NCBI GenBank assembly: GCA_964016885.1
Contig: OZ024754.1
Coordinates: 30,566,001 to 30,630,000, forward strand
Direction: 5' to 3'
Source: Eledone cirrhosa
Lineage: Eukaryota
Length of the DNA stretch: 64,000 bases
The stretch's first letter is position 1. Each line of letters starts with the position of its first letter. A program made the position numbers and the translations under genes. Below are positions 42,025 to 55,694 of the stretch, one piece after another. The notes under the pieces are model-generated. The model searched no databases and was not told where the DNA came from. It saw only the letters and a program-made list of their open reading frames with translations.

Positions 42025-42595
42025 TAATAATAAAATTATTGTGTAAAGTGCTCAGGTGCACTACAACTCATCAAAGGTGCATGTATAGCACATAGAATAA
42101 TATACAAATGTCAGGGAAGTGAATAGTGTATGAGTCATTATATACAAGTGTGTATGTGTATGGAGGGGGAATATTAGGTGTAGTGTTGGCGAATCTTAGG
42201 AAGCATGGAGGTTTTAAAGGATGCAATGTTTCGACAGCTAACAACCGATGCAGGTAATTTGTTCCATGCAACTCTGAGCGTGAAAAAATGTTTCCGAAAG
42301 TCATGGGAGCTGTTTTCTGACTTTGTTGGCATGCCCACATGTGTTAGACACATGGAAATCAAAAAGGTAGTCAGGGTTGTTGTTGGCAAGATGGTTAATA
42401 ATTTTGTGGGTGTTTACCAAGTCAGTTGCCAGACGTCGGAGCTTCAATGTATCCATGCCCAGGGAAGCAAGGCGTTCAAAGTATGGTAGATGTCTGATGG
42501 AGGGTATTCGCTTGGTTGCATGTCTCTGAACAGTTTCCAGGCAGTCAATGTTGCGAGCAAGATAGGGGTTCCAGACTGGTGATGCAAATTCAGAC
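42025..42595 (-). mobile_element. CR1-clade LINE 3' fragment
   Basis: FASPVWNPY..LETVQRHATK..YFERL..LKLRRL..DL; RKHFFTLRV..WNKLP. Confidence 0.85.
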
Positions 42596-43799
42596 CAGAT
42601 CTTTGATTTGGGAATACTTTCCTGCCTTTTCACTATTAGTTTTGGAAGCCATAAAGAATTATAAAGGTCATAGGCATTCCCATTTTCTCCCTGACTATGT
42701 GGTAAAAAAAATCACCCTCCAATCAAAGAACAGCACCAGAAGTAAATTCTTAAAACTAGTTTACCAAGTGAAATTGCTCAGCACTTAACTGTTATAGAAC
42801 CATCACAACTGTGATAATTACTACCTTAATTGTTTGGCATAGGTGGGCTGAAAAACTTGTAAGATGTCAGAACCTTAGTAAAGCTGATAATTAACAGAGT
42901 GTTATAATTAGTGAAGCAAATGACTGCTTGCTGTGATGGTCGTTATGCCAATAACGAAGCAAGACCCAACATTCAATGATAGGAGAAACAGCTGAAGATG
43001 ATGCTGTTCATTGATAGCAGCTTGATTGGAGAAAGTTCAATAAGAGAATAGAAATCAATAAAAAAGTCCTCAAGATCTGTTAATCTTGTGAGCAATCTAA
43101 TTAGTGAGGGTTATTGTCACAGAATTGGTATTTTGGTTTCACCAACGTTTGATGTATGAGTTGGACAAATGGGAGGTTGAGGGGGGAGGAGGCAGGGAGA
43201 AGATATACTACTAAACAGGATGGTGGCTTGATGAGGACGATTTTGTTAGAATGGAGAGGATTATAATGATGACATTTATTATAGTTTTAACTACACATGG
43301 TGACGATGGTTATGATGAAGGTGGTGATGTTGTTAATGATGATGATGGTTGTGGTGTTGTTAATGATGATGATGATGACGGTGGTGGTTGTGGTGCCAGT
43401 GATGATGATGATGATAATGATAATAACGGTGATGATGATGATTGTGACGGTGATGGGGATGTTGATGATGTTGGTGGTTATGGTGGTGGTGATGATGGTG
43501 GTGGTGGTTGTGGTGGTGGCGGTTGTGTTGATGGTGATGATGATGATGGTGATGGTGTTGATGATGATAATGATAATGATGATGATGGTGGTTGTGGTGG
43601 TTGTGGTGGTGGCGGTTGTGTTGATGGTGATGATGATGATGGTGATGGTGTTGATGATGATGATGATAATGATGATGATGGTGGTGGTGGTGGTGGTTGT
43701 GGAGCTGGTAATGGTGATGATGATAACACTAACAATGACACTAACAACATTCTAAATGTTGTTACCATTCTTCTGATCAAACCGAACATCATATTTGGT

Positions 43800-44655
43800 T
43801 CTCAATTCAAATTGTACCTTTTATGTTCTAAGTTCAAATCCTGCTGGAGTTAGCTTTGCCTTTCATCCTTATGGGGTTGATAAAATAAGTACCAGTAACA
43901 CATGGGGGTCAATTTAATTGACTATCCTCTCCCCTAAACATTGCTGGCCTTGTGCCTAAATCAGAAATCATTCGGTGGATTGGCAGTATCGGTAGAGGGT
44001 CGGACGCCATGCTTTCCAGCATAGTTATGTCCTTTTACGATCTGAGTTCAAATCCCGCCGAGGTTAATTTTGCCTTTCATCCTTATGGGGTCGATAAAAT
44101 AAAGTACCAGTAATGCACTGGGTAATTGCTGGCCTTGTGCCTAAAGTAGAAACAATTATTTATAGTTACATCCCTTTACATTCTGATTTCAAATCTCGCT
44201 GAGATTAGCTTTGCCTTTCATCCTTAAGGGGTCAGTGAAATAAAGAAAATCAGCAGTGCGAGGTCTGAGGACACTGGAGGCCTCAATAGCTACTGGTATA
44301 AAATAGAAAAGATCAGTCATAGCCCCCCCCCCCCCCCCCGTATTTGATTAACTTCCATTTCTCTGTATGGTGGCAAATTGGCAGAGTTGTTAAGACGTCG
44401 GATAGAATGCTTTATGGTATTTGTCCCACCTCATTGTGTGCTTTGAATCCAAATCCCACCCTGGTCAATGTTGCCTTTCATCCTATTAAGGTCGATAAAA
44501 AAAGTACCAGTCCAGTACTGGGGTCTATTCTTCCGCTATAGAAAAAATCAGCTGTGTTTAGACCTGGAGAGGGTTGGGCTCCACCAGGTTTAAAAGTGCC
44601 CTAGACATGCCATATGGTGGTGCCTCTACGACTCCACAAGGAGTTATGGGATCTT
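43800..44655 (+). mobile_element. Cluster of SINE A copies (about 43800-43972, 43973-44160, 44165-44245, 44365-44655)
   Basis: Repeated gttcaaatcc..gcctttcatcctt..aaaataaagtaccag. Confidence 0.8.
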
Positions 44656-44945
44656 TATACTTATCCATTCCTCTGTATTATGGGTGGTAGTGCCTACGAG
44701 ATAAAAATAGGGAAGACAATTACCAATAAAAGAGATGTTTGAGAGGAAAACAATTTCGTTGTCTCACAATAAATATTTAGAATTTCATTGGTTTTATGCA
44801 ACCTTTTATCAAATTTTATTGTTTCTCTAAATTAGCTTAATTCGGAATGAAATTGGATAAATTTAATGTGACATACCATATAAGAAACTTATATGATAGA
44901 TCTATGTATGAACATGAGTATATATATATGTTTTACCACACCCTA

Positions 44946-44996
<51 letters not shown>

Positions 44997-45132
44997 GCAA
45001 TTATTTTTCAAACCCTCTGCAAGTATAGAAAAGCAGATGTAAAACGATGGTGATGTTGATGATGATGCATATATATACATATATATATATATATATTTTT
45101 TAATTGATTTATTTATATTGATTTATATATAT

Positions 45133-45475
45133 GGAGGCACATGGCTTCGTGGTTAGAGCATTAGCCGTGCAATCGAAAGGTTGTGAGTTCAATTCTCAGA
45201 CTGGGTGATGTGTTGTTTCCTTGAGCAAGACACTTTATTTCACATTGCTCCAGTTTTACTCAGCTGTAGAAATGAGATGATAGGGACTGGGGTCCCTATC
45301 ATTCCACTGCAATGTCGTCGTGGAGGTGCCACGGAAAAAAAGCACCCACTGTAAATGAGGTTGGTGTTAGGAAGGGCATCCAGCTGTAGAAATCAAGCCA
45401 GAATCAGTTCCCATCCCACCCTTGCAAGCAGGGAAAAAGCAGACATAAAATGAAATGATGATGATGATGATGAAA
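45133..45475 (+). mobile_element. SINE family B
   Basis: Full-length match to 10815-11165. Confidence 0.88.
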
Positions 45476-45762
45476 TGATATGATATTCTGTATAAGAAAT
45501 ATATAGGATATATATCTGTGTATCTATTTATGTTTGTATATATGTGTGTGTGTGTGTGGGTGGGGTGGGGGTGGGGGGTGTATGTATATATGCATATATA
45601 AGTGTGTGTATGTGTAAAGGCAAGTATTGAAATCATACATGTTTATTTCTATGTGTATAAAGATCTGCTTTATATAATAGATAAATTCTTAATGCTTCTT
45701 TCTTTATCTAAACTTTGCATAAACATATATTTATTTATATGCACACACACACACACGCGCGT

Positions 45763-45800
<38 letters not shown>

Positions 45801-46429
45801 TCTCTATATGTTGATGCATTTATATAATATAAAGCTAATATATTTATATACATACAAACTATATATATATGCGCATATATATATATATATATTTATATAT
45901 ACACACATATATATATAACATACATAAAAGCACATTCAGAAAATTTCAAACCTTCCATGTGAAATCTATAAAAGAGTATCAAATGTTGAAACAAACCTCA
46001 CCCACCATAAAAATGAAATTAAAACATTAAAAAACTAGGAATAAAAAATAATATGAAATATAAATTAAATTCAAATGAAATAAGTAAAAACCCACAATAG
46101 ATTATAATTTTTGTCATGATCTAAATGCTGCAATAATCTGAAAATTTTATTTTAAAAAAAAATGAAAAACTGCTCTTTAATATTTTCAATTGTGATCTAT
46201 TATGCTGGATCTGAAATGTTTTGTGTTTAATGCAGAGTCGGGTCCCTTTAATATATTAACAATACTACAGTTAAAAGGTTCTTTTCATTTGACTATTGTG
46301 TGTTGTGGTTAAAGTAGACTGGGGGCCCTTTAACATGGATTCTTTTTAACAATATTTCCTTTAAAAGGTTCTCTACAATTTCTCTCTCTCTCTCTCCTCA
46401 CACGCATACACATAAACACACAAACACAC

Positions 46430-46517
<88 letters not shown>

Positions 46518-46824
46518 CAGTTGATTTGGCAGAGTTGTTACAGCATTGGATTTTTATTTCTTGTCTCTCCTCTGTTCTGCTTTCAAATCATGTTGCTGCC
46601 CACATTGGCTTCCATACTTCCAGGGTTAATAAAGAAAGTACCACCCAGTGGTGGTGCAGCCTGCTCTTCTTCCAACGGTCACATGGTGGATATCCCACTG
46701 GGTCAAGTATGTGAGAGTGAAGAGGAAGTATGTGTCTGCTTGTGACTGCATGAGCAAATCCATGCTATATACTACCAAATCATACTTGTAAGCGTCAATT
46801 GTAGTATGTATGTATATGTATGTA

Positions 46825-46905
<81 letters not shown>

Positions 46906-46913
46906 TTATACAT

Positions 46914-46947
<34 letters not shown>

Positions 46948-47035
46948 TTATACATATATACAAACATACATGCATATATATATATGTATATATATATATT
47001 TATACATACATATATATATATATATATATTTATAC

Positions 47036-47620
47036 ATGGTGGCTGCCAACTCGTTTTCGAGTACGGCCACTACTTTCTATCCATGTAGGAGAACTCCTAC
47101 CGATACGCTGAACGAGTGTGACTTTTTAGTCCAGCCAGCGACTTGAAAACTCTGGTACAAACACTACACTTGTGACAATTTTTGACACACAGTGCTGGGC
47201 CCATGGTACCATGTGACGACAAGTGCAGAAAGATCTCCAGATATAAAGCAATGCCTGTGCCGTGAAGCTTTTGTAGTGAGCAAAGGCACTGCACAAAGCC
47301 AGTCCCACTCTCTTAACTAAGATGATATTTACCAAAAAGAAGAACAAGTCAACATCATTGGATACCATCAGGGCTGCAGGTGTTATATCAGAGTTTTCCT
47401 TCTCCTAGAATTCTGCCTTGACAAAGGCTAAGGGGTCATCTCTCCCGGTGATTTTGGATGGCCATTGACTCTTAAGAGCTCCATTGCCCTTTGACAGGTT
47501 TTGTTTTTAGTCCTGCAGGATGTCCAAAGTCACCCTCCTCACCAAGAAACCTTTGTGGGGTTGCCAGTTTAGTCGCCAACGACCCGACCATGAGACAGGT
47601 TGTACTGGGATACATGTACT
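47036..47620 (-). mobile_element. RTE-derived bipartite element
   Basis: Near-identical to 55695-56302; encodes the Zn-finger remnant [19 protein letters not shown]. Confidence 0.8.
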
Positions 47621-47791
47621 GGGATACATACATACAAACTTACATACACACATATATATATATATATATATTGGTAAACGGAATAGAAAATGCTGACAAA
47701 TTGTTCACAGTTGAAAAATGGTTTAATTAGGAATAAAAGAGTATTAGTGATTGTATGGGTTAGTATTCAGTTGTGGTTTTAAGTTTTTAAG

Positions 47792-47833
47792 TTATTACCG
47801 GTTGTGCATTTCTAAATGCTTTTCAAAAATAAT
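47792..47833 (-). ncRNA. Degenerate hammerhead-like motif in a TA-flanked insert (47671-47890)
   Basis: TTGAAAA-gcatt(taga)aatgc-ACAA-ccgg-TA-ataa; GAAA mutated. Confidence 0.4.
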
Positions 47834-47884
47834 TTTGAGATAGAGTGTCCGTGCTGTTTGCTCTGTGTTACACCTCTATTCTTT

Positions 47885-47927
<43 letters not shown>

Positions 47928-48218
47928 GTGTGTGTGTGTGTCATATATATATATATATATCGATGTATGAGGGTTCAATTGTCATCTCAGTTCATTTTTT
48001 ATGATTATGGCTTAAATGACACTTTAGTTCAGCTGCTGATCTACTCATTAAGCTGCATTTAGTGCAGATGACATGATTTTGAGCAGAGCAGGATGGAATG
48101 TTTGATCAGATCTTGGAGTTAGATCTTAGATCACAATAATGGACCAGCCGAGATTTTAAAAAGATTTTTATGCTTTCATAGCAGACAGTTCTCCATTCCC
48201 CCAGTTAATTATACATAC

Positions 48219-48250
<32 letters not shown>

Positions 48251-48318
48251 TTGTGTATGTGTGTGTGTGTATATATATATATGTATATGTATGTGTGTGT
48301 GTATATATACATATATAT

Positions 48319-48406
<88 letters not shown>

Positions 48407-48447
48407 TTGTGTATGTGTGTGTGTGTATATATATATATGTATATGTA

Positions 48448-48482
<35 letters not shown>

Positions 48483-48516
48483 ATTAGTCAGTTATCAAAG
48501 TTGTGTTCAAATCATT

Positions 48517-48570
48517 TAATAGCTGACAATCGTTTCTTCCAAACTTTCGTTTGGAGTCATCGGAGCATTA
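48517..48570 (-). ncRNA. Hammerhead-like motif, U4C variant
   Basis: taatgct-CCGATGA-ctccaaac(gaaa)gtttggaa-GAAA-cgattg-TC-agctatta. Confidence 0.65.
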
Positions 48571-48598
48571 TCAACCTCCTATTCAACATAACGATAAA

Positions 48599-48632
<34 letters not shown>

Positions 48633-48695
48633 TATATATATATATATATATGTGTAGTAAAAGAATGAAGAATAACATGGTCGGTTGTACAATAG

Positions 48696-48746
<51 letters not shown>

Positions 48747-48835
48747 TCATCATTTTATCACAGCCGACCATGTTCTTCTTCAATCTTTTACTATATATAT
48801 TTGTATATATATGTATATATATATATATACATATA

Positions 48836-49205
48836 TCTATCTATCTAAGGCGGGTAAAATTCCCGAGATCCATGGACGAGTTCTCTCCAGCGGTCTCTGT
48901 CCCTCATTATCGCTGCCATGTCCTGCGTCTCCAACAGACCAGTGTCTGTCCTTAGGGCATCAACATACGTTAACCTTGGTCTTCCTCTTCTAGTGTGTCC
49001 ATGTAGGGGCTCCCAAAGGAGTACTGAGTGCAATGTCAACTCTGGATGTCGGTGAGCATGTCCAGCTAACCTCAGTCTCCTCTGTGTCACTTTTGAGCTG
49101 ACTTTTGGGATGCTCCCATACAGCTCTGAGTTTTTCATCCTCAGTGTATACTGATTAATGTTCAGAGCCATCCTCAGCATTCTCGTGTAGCACCCATCCA
49201 CCATC
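48836..49205 (-). mobile_element. RTE-type LINE family C 3' end with (GATA)n tail
   Basis: [38 protein letters not shown]; second copy on plus strand at 60346-60505. Confidence 0.88.
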
Positions 49206-49258
<53 letters not shown>

Positions 49259-49637
49259 ATATATATATATATATAGTAAACTATTGAAGAATAACATGGT
49301 CGGCTATACAATAGGGTGTATATATATATACATACACCCTCATATATAATTCTCTTGGTGGTGTTGAATCTTTGAGAAATTTTTATTGTATTTTTTTCTT
49401 TCCAATATTCTTTTCTCTATTTATAAAAGAGAAATACCTCATTATATTATTTCTTTATTTTCTATTGCAGTTGTGTTTTACACCCTAAGCTGGATAAAAC
49501 ATCACCAAAGATAGTCTCACACAATAGTTTATAAACAGGTATATATGCATAACATTCTTCTTAATAAAAATTTTAAAGTTTTTGTCTCAAATATTTCCAA
49601 TTTTGGCCTCATATTTGCATCTCCTTGTTTTCTCTCT

Positions 49638-50078
<441 letters not shown>

Positions 50079-50180
50079 TATATATATATAAATGTATTCA
50101 TCATCATCATAGTTTTATGCTTTACTCATACGTTGCATACAATTTCTAAAGAATGTTATGCATATATATATATATATATA

Positions 50181-50285
50181 GGAGAAAGTATGACTCCGAC
50201 GGCAGAGCTCAAGCCGTTTCGACGGCTACTCCAGAAATAGCCGTCGAAACGGCTTGAGCTCTGCCGTCGGGGTCATACTTTCTAC
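50181..50285. mobile_element. Fold-back cassette family P5
   Basis: 46-bp arms, 9-nt loop; gacggcta..tagccgtc-GAAA-cggc(ttgagctct)gccg-TC-gggg. Confidence 0.7.
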
Positions 50286-50477
50286 TATTATATATATATA
50301 TATATTCATCATCATTATAGTTTTATGGTTTACTCATATGTTGCATATTTGGTGAGACAATTTCTAAAGAAACTTTCAATAATTTTTATCTGAATTATTG
50401 TTTCCAGGAAACTAAAATATAATCAAAATTAGAATCATACCACCCACAAGACCTATTATATTAAGAGCAAATATATT

Positions 50478-50522
<45 letters not shown>

Positions 50523-50525
<3 letters not shown>

Positions 50526-50863
50526 TCATCATCATCATCATTTTACGTCCGCTTTTCCCTGCTTGCAAGGGTGGGAGGGGAACTGATTCTGGCTTGATTT
50601 CTACAACTGGATGCCCTTCCTAACACCAACCTCATTTACAGTGAGTGCTGGGTGCTTTTTTGCCGTGGCATCTCCACGTCCACTTTGCAGTGGAATGATA
50701 GGGACCCCAGTCCTATCATCTCATTTCTACAGCTGAGTAAACTGGAGCAATGTGAAATAAAGTGCCTTGCTCAAGGAAACAACATATCACCCGGTCTGAG
50801 AATTGAACTCACAACCTTTCGATTGCAAGGCCAATGCTCTAACCACTAAGCCATGTGCCTCCA
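50523..50863 (-). mobile_element. SINE family B
   Basis: Full-length family match. Confidence 0.88.
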
Positions 50864-51005
50864 TATATATATATATGTAATCTGATTTTTTTGAATATTA
50901 ATAATAATATTCGATTCGTTTGCAATTATGCAAACAAGCCTCATTTTGAAAGCCATGTCAGTAGAATGAGTCCCTCATTCTTGCTCTTGTGTTGTCATGT
51001 AAACA

Positions 51006-51055
51006 GAACTGCAGACACTAATGTGTCTGGGTATCACCCTTCATCAGTACAGCTC
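51006..51055 (-). ncRNA. Degenerate type-I hammerhead
   Basis: gagctgta-CTGATGA-aggg(tgata)ccca-GACA-cattagtg-TC-tgcagttc; 8-bp stem I. Confidence 0.55.
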
Positions 51056-51184
51056 ATTGTTCACCTGCCAAACTGTCAGAGCTAGTGAAAATATATGATA
51101 TTTTCTAAAATATACAGTGACTGATCAGCCTGATTTGCATATTAGCAGACTATATATATATAAAATGTATACATATATACATAC

Positions 51185-51475
51185 AGGTGGGTAATTGGTA
51201 GAGTCATTAGAATGTTGGATAGAATGCTTTATGGTATTCTTTCCTTTGCTCTGCTCTCTGAGTTCAAATCCCACCGAGGTCAACTTTGCCTTTCATCCTT
51301 TCAAGGTCGATAAAAAATGTGCCATTCTAGTACGGGGGTCGATTCTTCCTCTCTCTGGATGAAATCTGCTGTACTCAGGCCTGGAGAGGGATGGGCTCTG
51401 CCAGACTTAAAATGCCCAAGAAACGCCCTATGTCAAAATGGCACCCCAACAACTCTATCAGGAGTTACAAGGCTA
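51185..51475 (+). mobile_element. SINE A head with alternative extension
   Basis: Matches 27455-27790. Confidence 0.75.
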
Positions 51476-52391
51476 TTCATACACACACACACACACATAT
51501 ATATATATATTTAAAATCAGTTACACATATACAGATACAGGCAGGAAAAGGGTGCCAATCCTCAGATTGAACCAAGGAAGCAACGTTTCCATTGGTCTTT
51601 CCATTGTTGATACTATCTGTTAGTTTTAACACTGAGGTAGGATTTGAACTCTGAATACACTGCACAAAGCCAGATCAGATACCACAAAACATCTTGCCCA
51701 ATACTCCAACAATTCCTCCACCTACACCACACTCCACCTCCACTCCACTCCACTCCACTCCACCTCCAGGACAGTTATTTTATGATGAAAGACAAAGTGT
51801 GACCCTGGCAGGATTTAAACTCAGAGTGCAGAAAGGAGGAACAAATAAATAGCAAGGAAATTAATCCAAAGTACTAACAACTTTACCAATTTGCCACAGG
51901 TACAAAGCCTTATGTTTTAGAGGAGAAGGGGAGGAGGGGGGGATAAGATATTGTATAATTGATGCCTTTCCCAAAGGTATTGGTAGCACTAAATAAGTGA
52001 AATGACATAATCCCATCATTGAAACTGTTCCCAGGATGCAGGTCAGCTCTTTAGGAGATTTTTTATAATTTATGGCGGTGTCAAGGGTTTATAGTTAATG
52101 TGTGGAGTGCTGCATGGTAGAGTAGAGGGTGTATAATAATGAACTGTTAATCAGTATCTTATCTGCAAAATTTGAATGTGTGTATATATGCATATGTATG
52201 TATGTTTGTTTGTTTTTGTATGTATATATATATATATATGTATATTTGAATGTGTGTATATGTGTATATGTATGTTTGTTTTTGTATGTATATATGTATA
52301 TATATATATACGTATGTTTGTATGTATGTATGTGTGTATGTATGTACTCATATATGTATGTATGTATCATTTGTATATGTTCATGTATGTA

Positions 52392-52745
52392 TCATCATCA
52401 TCATCATCTTCGTTTAACGTCCACTTTCCACGCTAGCATGGATTAGACGGGAGTTGTCCCACTTGAGGCAAGGTTGGTCGGGTGACCATGTCTCGCTCAT
52501 ATAGGACTATCTGGCAGGTTTTCTACAGTTGGATGCCCTTCCTAACACCAACCACATTTACAGTGTGGGTCTGGGAGGTTTTTACCGTGTTACCTACACG
52601 GCCACATTACAGCGTGGACTGTGTGTCTTTTCTCGTGACACCTACACGATCTCGATCTCGATCTCATTATCTCATTTATTTGGACTGGATGTTGTGGAAC
52701 CAACTTGACAGAGAGAGGGTGGTGTTGGTGGGAGTGGGAGGTTAG
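52392..52745 (-). mobile_element. RTE family A 3' UTR fragment
   Basis: Reverse complement of 63010-63370. Confidence 0.85.
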
Positions 52746-52825
52746 GGTAGGGGTAGTGGATGTAAATTATATTACCTGAGTATTATTAGAAATGAGACCC
52801 GTTCAAACATTTAATAAGGGAAATA

Positions 52826-53012
52826 ATTGTTTCTACTTTTGGCACAAGGCCAGCAATTACCCAGTGCATTACTGGTACTTTATTTTATCGACCCCCGTAA
52901 GGATGAAAGGCAAAGTTAACCTCGGCGGGATTTGAACTCAGACCGTAAAGGGGCGTAACTCTATGCTTCAAAGCATTGTGTCCGACTCTCTACCAATACT
53001 GCCAATCCACCG
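52826..53012 (-). mobile_element. SINE family A with about 19-bp TSD
   Basis: atttaataag(g/t)gaaataat on both sides. Confidence 0.9.
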
Positions 53013-53364
53013 TAATTTAATAAGTGAAATAATGTTGTTGTCGTGGTTTTTGCTGTTGTTGTTGTTTTCTGGATTCTTCTTCTTCTGGAAGGGAGAGAGA
53101 TAAAAAAGACAGCTGACGTCACAGTTCAGGATATCTTTACTGTGACTCTTAAAAATGGAAATCTTGCTATGCTTGATAGAAGTCCCACTAATACATTATT
53201 AAAATCTCCGCTACCTCTTTCTAATTACAAACAACTAACTAACAGCTAAGCAACAAAATAACTAAATAACTAAATAACTTGTAAATAAATTATTCATTTC
53301 AGAAATTACTGCAAGAATTTGAGAATGCTGTTGGAGGTGGATTGAGTAGTCATGGTCATAAAGT

Positions 53365-53442
53365 GTGGCGAGAGGAGGAGGGGTGAGAGAGGGGGGGTGA
53401 GAGAAAGAGAGGCGGGGGCTGAGGGAGAGAGAGAGGAAGAGG

Positions 53443-53484
<42 letters not shown>

Positions 53485-54755
53485 GGGACTGAGAGAGAGA
53501 TAGAGAGAGGAAAGGGACTGAGAGAGAGATAGAGAGAGAGGAATGGCGCTGACAGAGAGAGAGAGGAAGGGGGCTGAGAGAAGAGGGAAGAGAGAGGAAG
53601 GAGGCTGAGAGAGAGAGAGAGAGAGAAGAAGAGGACTGTGAGATAGATAGAGAGAGAGGGAGGGGGCTGAGAGAGAGATAGAGAGAGAGGGAGAGGGGAA
53701 GGGGGCTGATAGAGAGGAGAGAGAGATGAGGGAGAGAACGAAAGTAGGGAGAGGGGAGAAAGAGAGAGAGATGATGGCTAGAAAGGGGAGAGGAAGAGAG
53801 AAATGAGGGAGAGAATGAAAGTGGAGAGAGAGACAGAGAGAGAGGTGAGAGAAATAGAAAGAGTGGGTGAGAGAGAGATGACGGAGAGGGAGTGGAGGAG
53901 AGAAAGAGAGAGAGAGAGAGGTAGAGAGGGATGAGGGATAGAAAGAGAGTGGGGAGAGAGAGGGAAAGGTGAGAAAGAGGAGAGTGGGAGAGGGAGAGGG
54001 AGAGACTGTGTTAGTGAGGAGAAGCTATGGATCTTGAGGGGATAAGGTGTGGTGTAGTGTAGTGTGGTGTAGTGTGGTGCGGTGTAGTGTGGTGTAGTGT
54101 GGTGTAATGTAGTGTGGTGTGTTGTAGTGTGGTGTAGTGTGGTGTAGTGTGGTGTAATGTACTGTGGTGTGGTGCAGTGTGGTGTAATGTAGTGTGGTGT
54201 AGTGTGGTGTAATATAGTGTGGTGTGGTGTGGTGTGGTGTAGTGTGGTGCAGTGTAGTGTGGTGTAGTGTGGTGTAATGTAGTGTGGTGTGTTGTAGTGT
54301 GGTGTAGTGTGGTGTAATGTACTGTGGTGTGGTGTGGTTAGTGTGGTGTAGTGTAGTGTGGTGTGGTGTGGTGTAGTGTGGTGTAGTGTAGTGCGGTGTA
54401 GTGTGGTGTAGTGTGGTGCGGTGTAGTGTGGTGTAGTGTGGTGCGGTGTAGTGTGGTGTAGTGTGGTGTAATGTAGTGTGGTGTGGTGTAGTGTGGTGTA
54501 ATGTAGTGTGGTGTGGTGTAGTGTGGTGTAATGTACTGTGGTGTGGTGTGGTTAGCGTGGTGTAGTGTAGTGTGGTGTGGTGTGGTGTAGTGTGGTGCGG
54601 TGTAGTGTGGTGTAATGTAGTGTGGTGTGGTGTAGTGTGGTGTAATGTAGTGTGGTGTGGTGTAGTGTGGTGTAATGTAGTGTGGTGTGGTGTAGTGTGG
54701 TGTAATGTAGTGTGGTGTGGTGTAGTGTGGTGTAATGTAGTAAGGTGTGATGTAG
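53365..54755. repeat. GA-rich tract followed by a 5-bp (GTGTG/GTGTA) array (54046-54755)
   Basis: Seen directly. Confidence 0.92.
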
Positions 54756-54980
54756 TCTGGAAAAAGATGAGTATTGACGTCAATACTCATCTTTTTCCAC
54801 TTCTCCAAGGGTTCTTAACCCCACTATCAGGCTAAATAATTTCTTTAATTTCTTTAGTCAAAATACGGCGATAGCTTACATTTATAATAATTTCAAACCC
54901 GCTCACTGTTTCGAAAAATATTCTTTCTTGTATATACATATGTATGTGTATGTATATGCACGGAGACATAGAAATAATCA

Positions 54981-55310
54981 GGCTGGATACCCGATCGCGC
55001 GGTTAAACCCCTGGGAGTGAAAGACCCCTAGCCTTTGTTAGGGCATTCTTCTAGAAGAAGGCAACTCAGGAAACTGGGATAGCTCCGACATAAAACCTGC
55101 GGCACAGTAGTTACCGATGATGTTGATCTTTTCTACTTTTTGGGTTATAGCTACTGTCGCTCAGAGAGTGGGATTGGCTCAGTGCACAGTCTTTCCTCAC
55201 TTTAAAAAAACCTTCACGCACAGACATTGCACGATAGCATTAATTGATAATTATCAATAATGTTATATCGTGCAATGGCCATACTCGATAACGAGGGGGC
55301 AGCCATCATA
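54981..55310 (+). mobile_element. Diverged RTE-derived bipartite element
   Basis: cctagcctttgt..gagagtggga..; ends ggccatactcgataacgagggggcagccatc. Confidence 0.65.
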
Positions 55311-55312
55311 TA

Positions 55313-55655
55313 TCATCATCATCATCATCATTTTATGTCCGCTTTTTCCCTGCTTGCAAGGGTGGGACGGGAACTGATTCTGGCTTGATTTCTACAGCTG
55401 GATGCCCTTCCTAACACCAACCTCATTTTACAGTGAGTACTGGGTGCTTTTTTGTCGTGGCACCTCCACAACCACTTTGCAGTGGAATGATATGGACCCC
55501 AATCCCTATCATCACATTTCTACAGCTGAGTAAACAGGAGCAATGTGAAATAAAGTGTCTTGCTCAAGGAAACAACACATCACCCGGCCTGAGAATTGAA
55601 CTCACAACCTTTCGATTGCAAGGCCAATGCTCTAACCACTAAGCCATGTGCCTCC
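55313..55655 (-). mobile_element. SINE family B
   Basis: Full-length family match. Confidence 0.88.
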
Positions 55656-55694
55656 ATGTATGTATGTATGTTTGTATATATGTATGTATATGTA

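Noticed and set aside
45133-45205. tRNA genes
   Set aside because: A and B boxes belong to SINE heads that continue into repeat bodies; no complete cloverleaf
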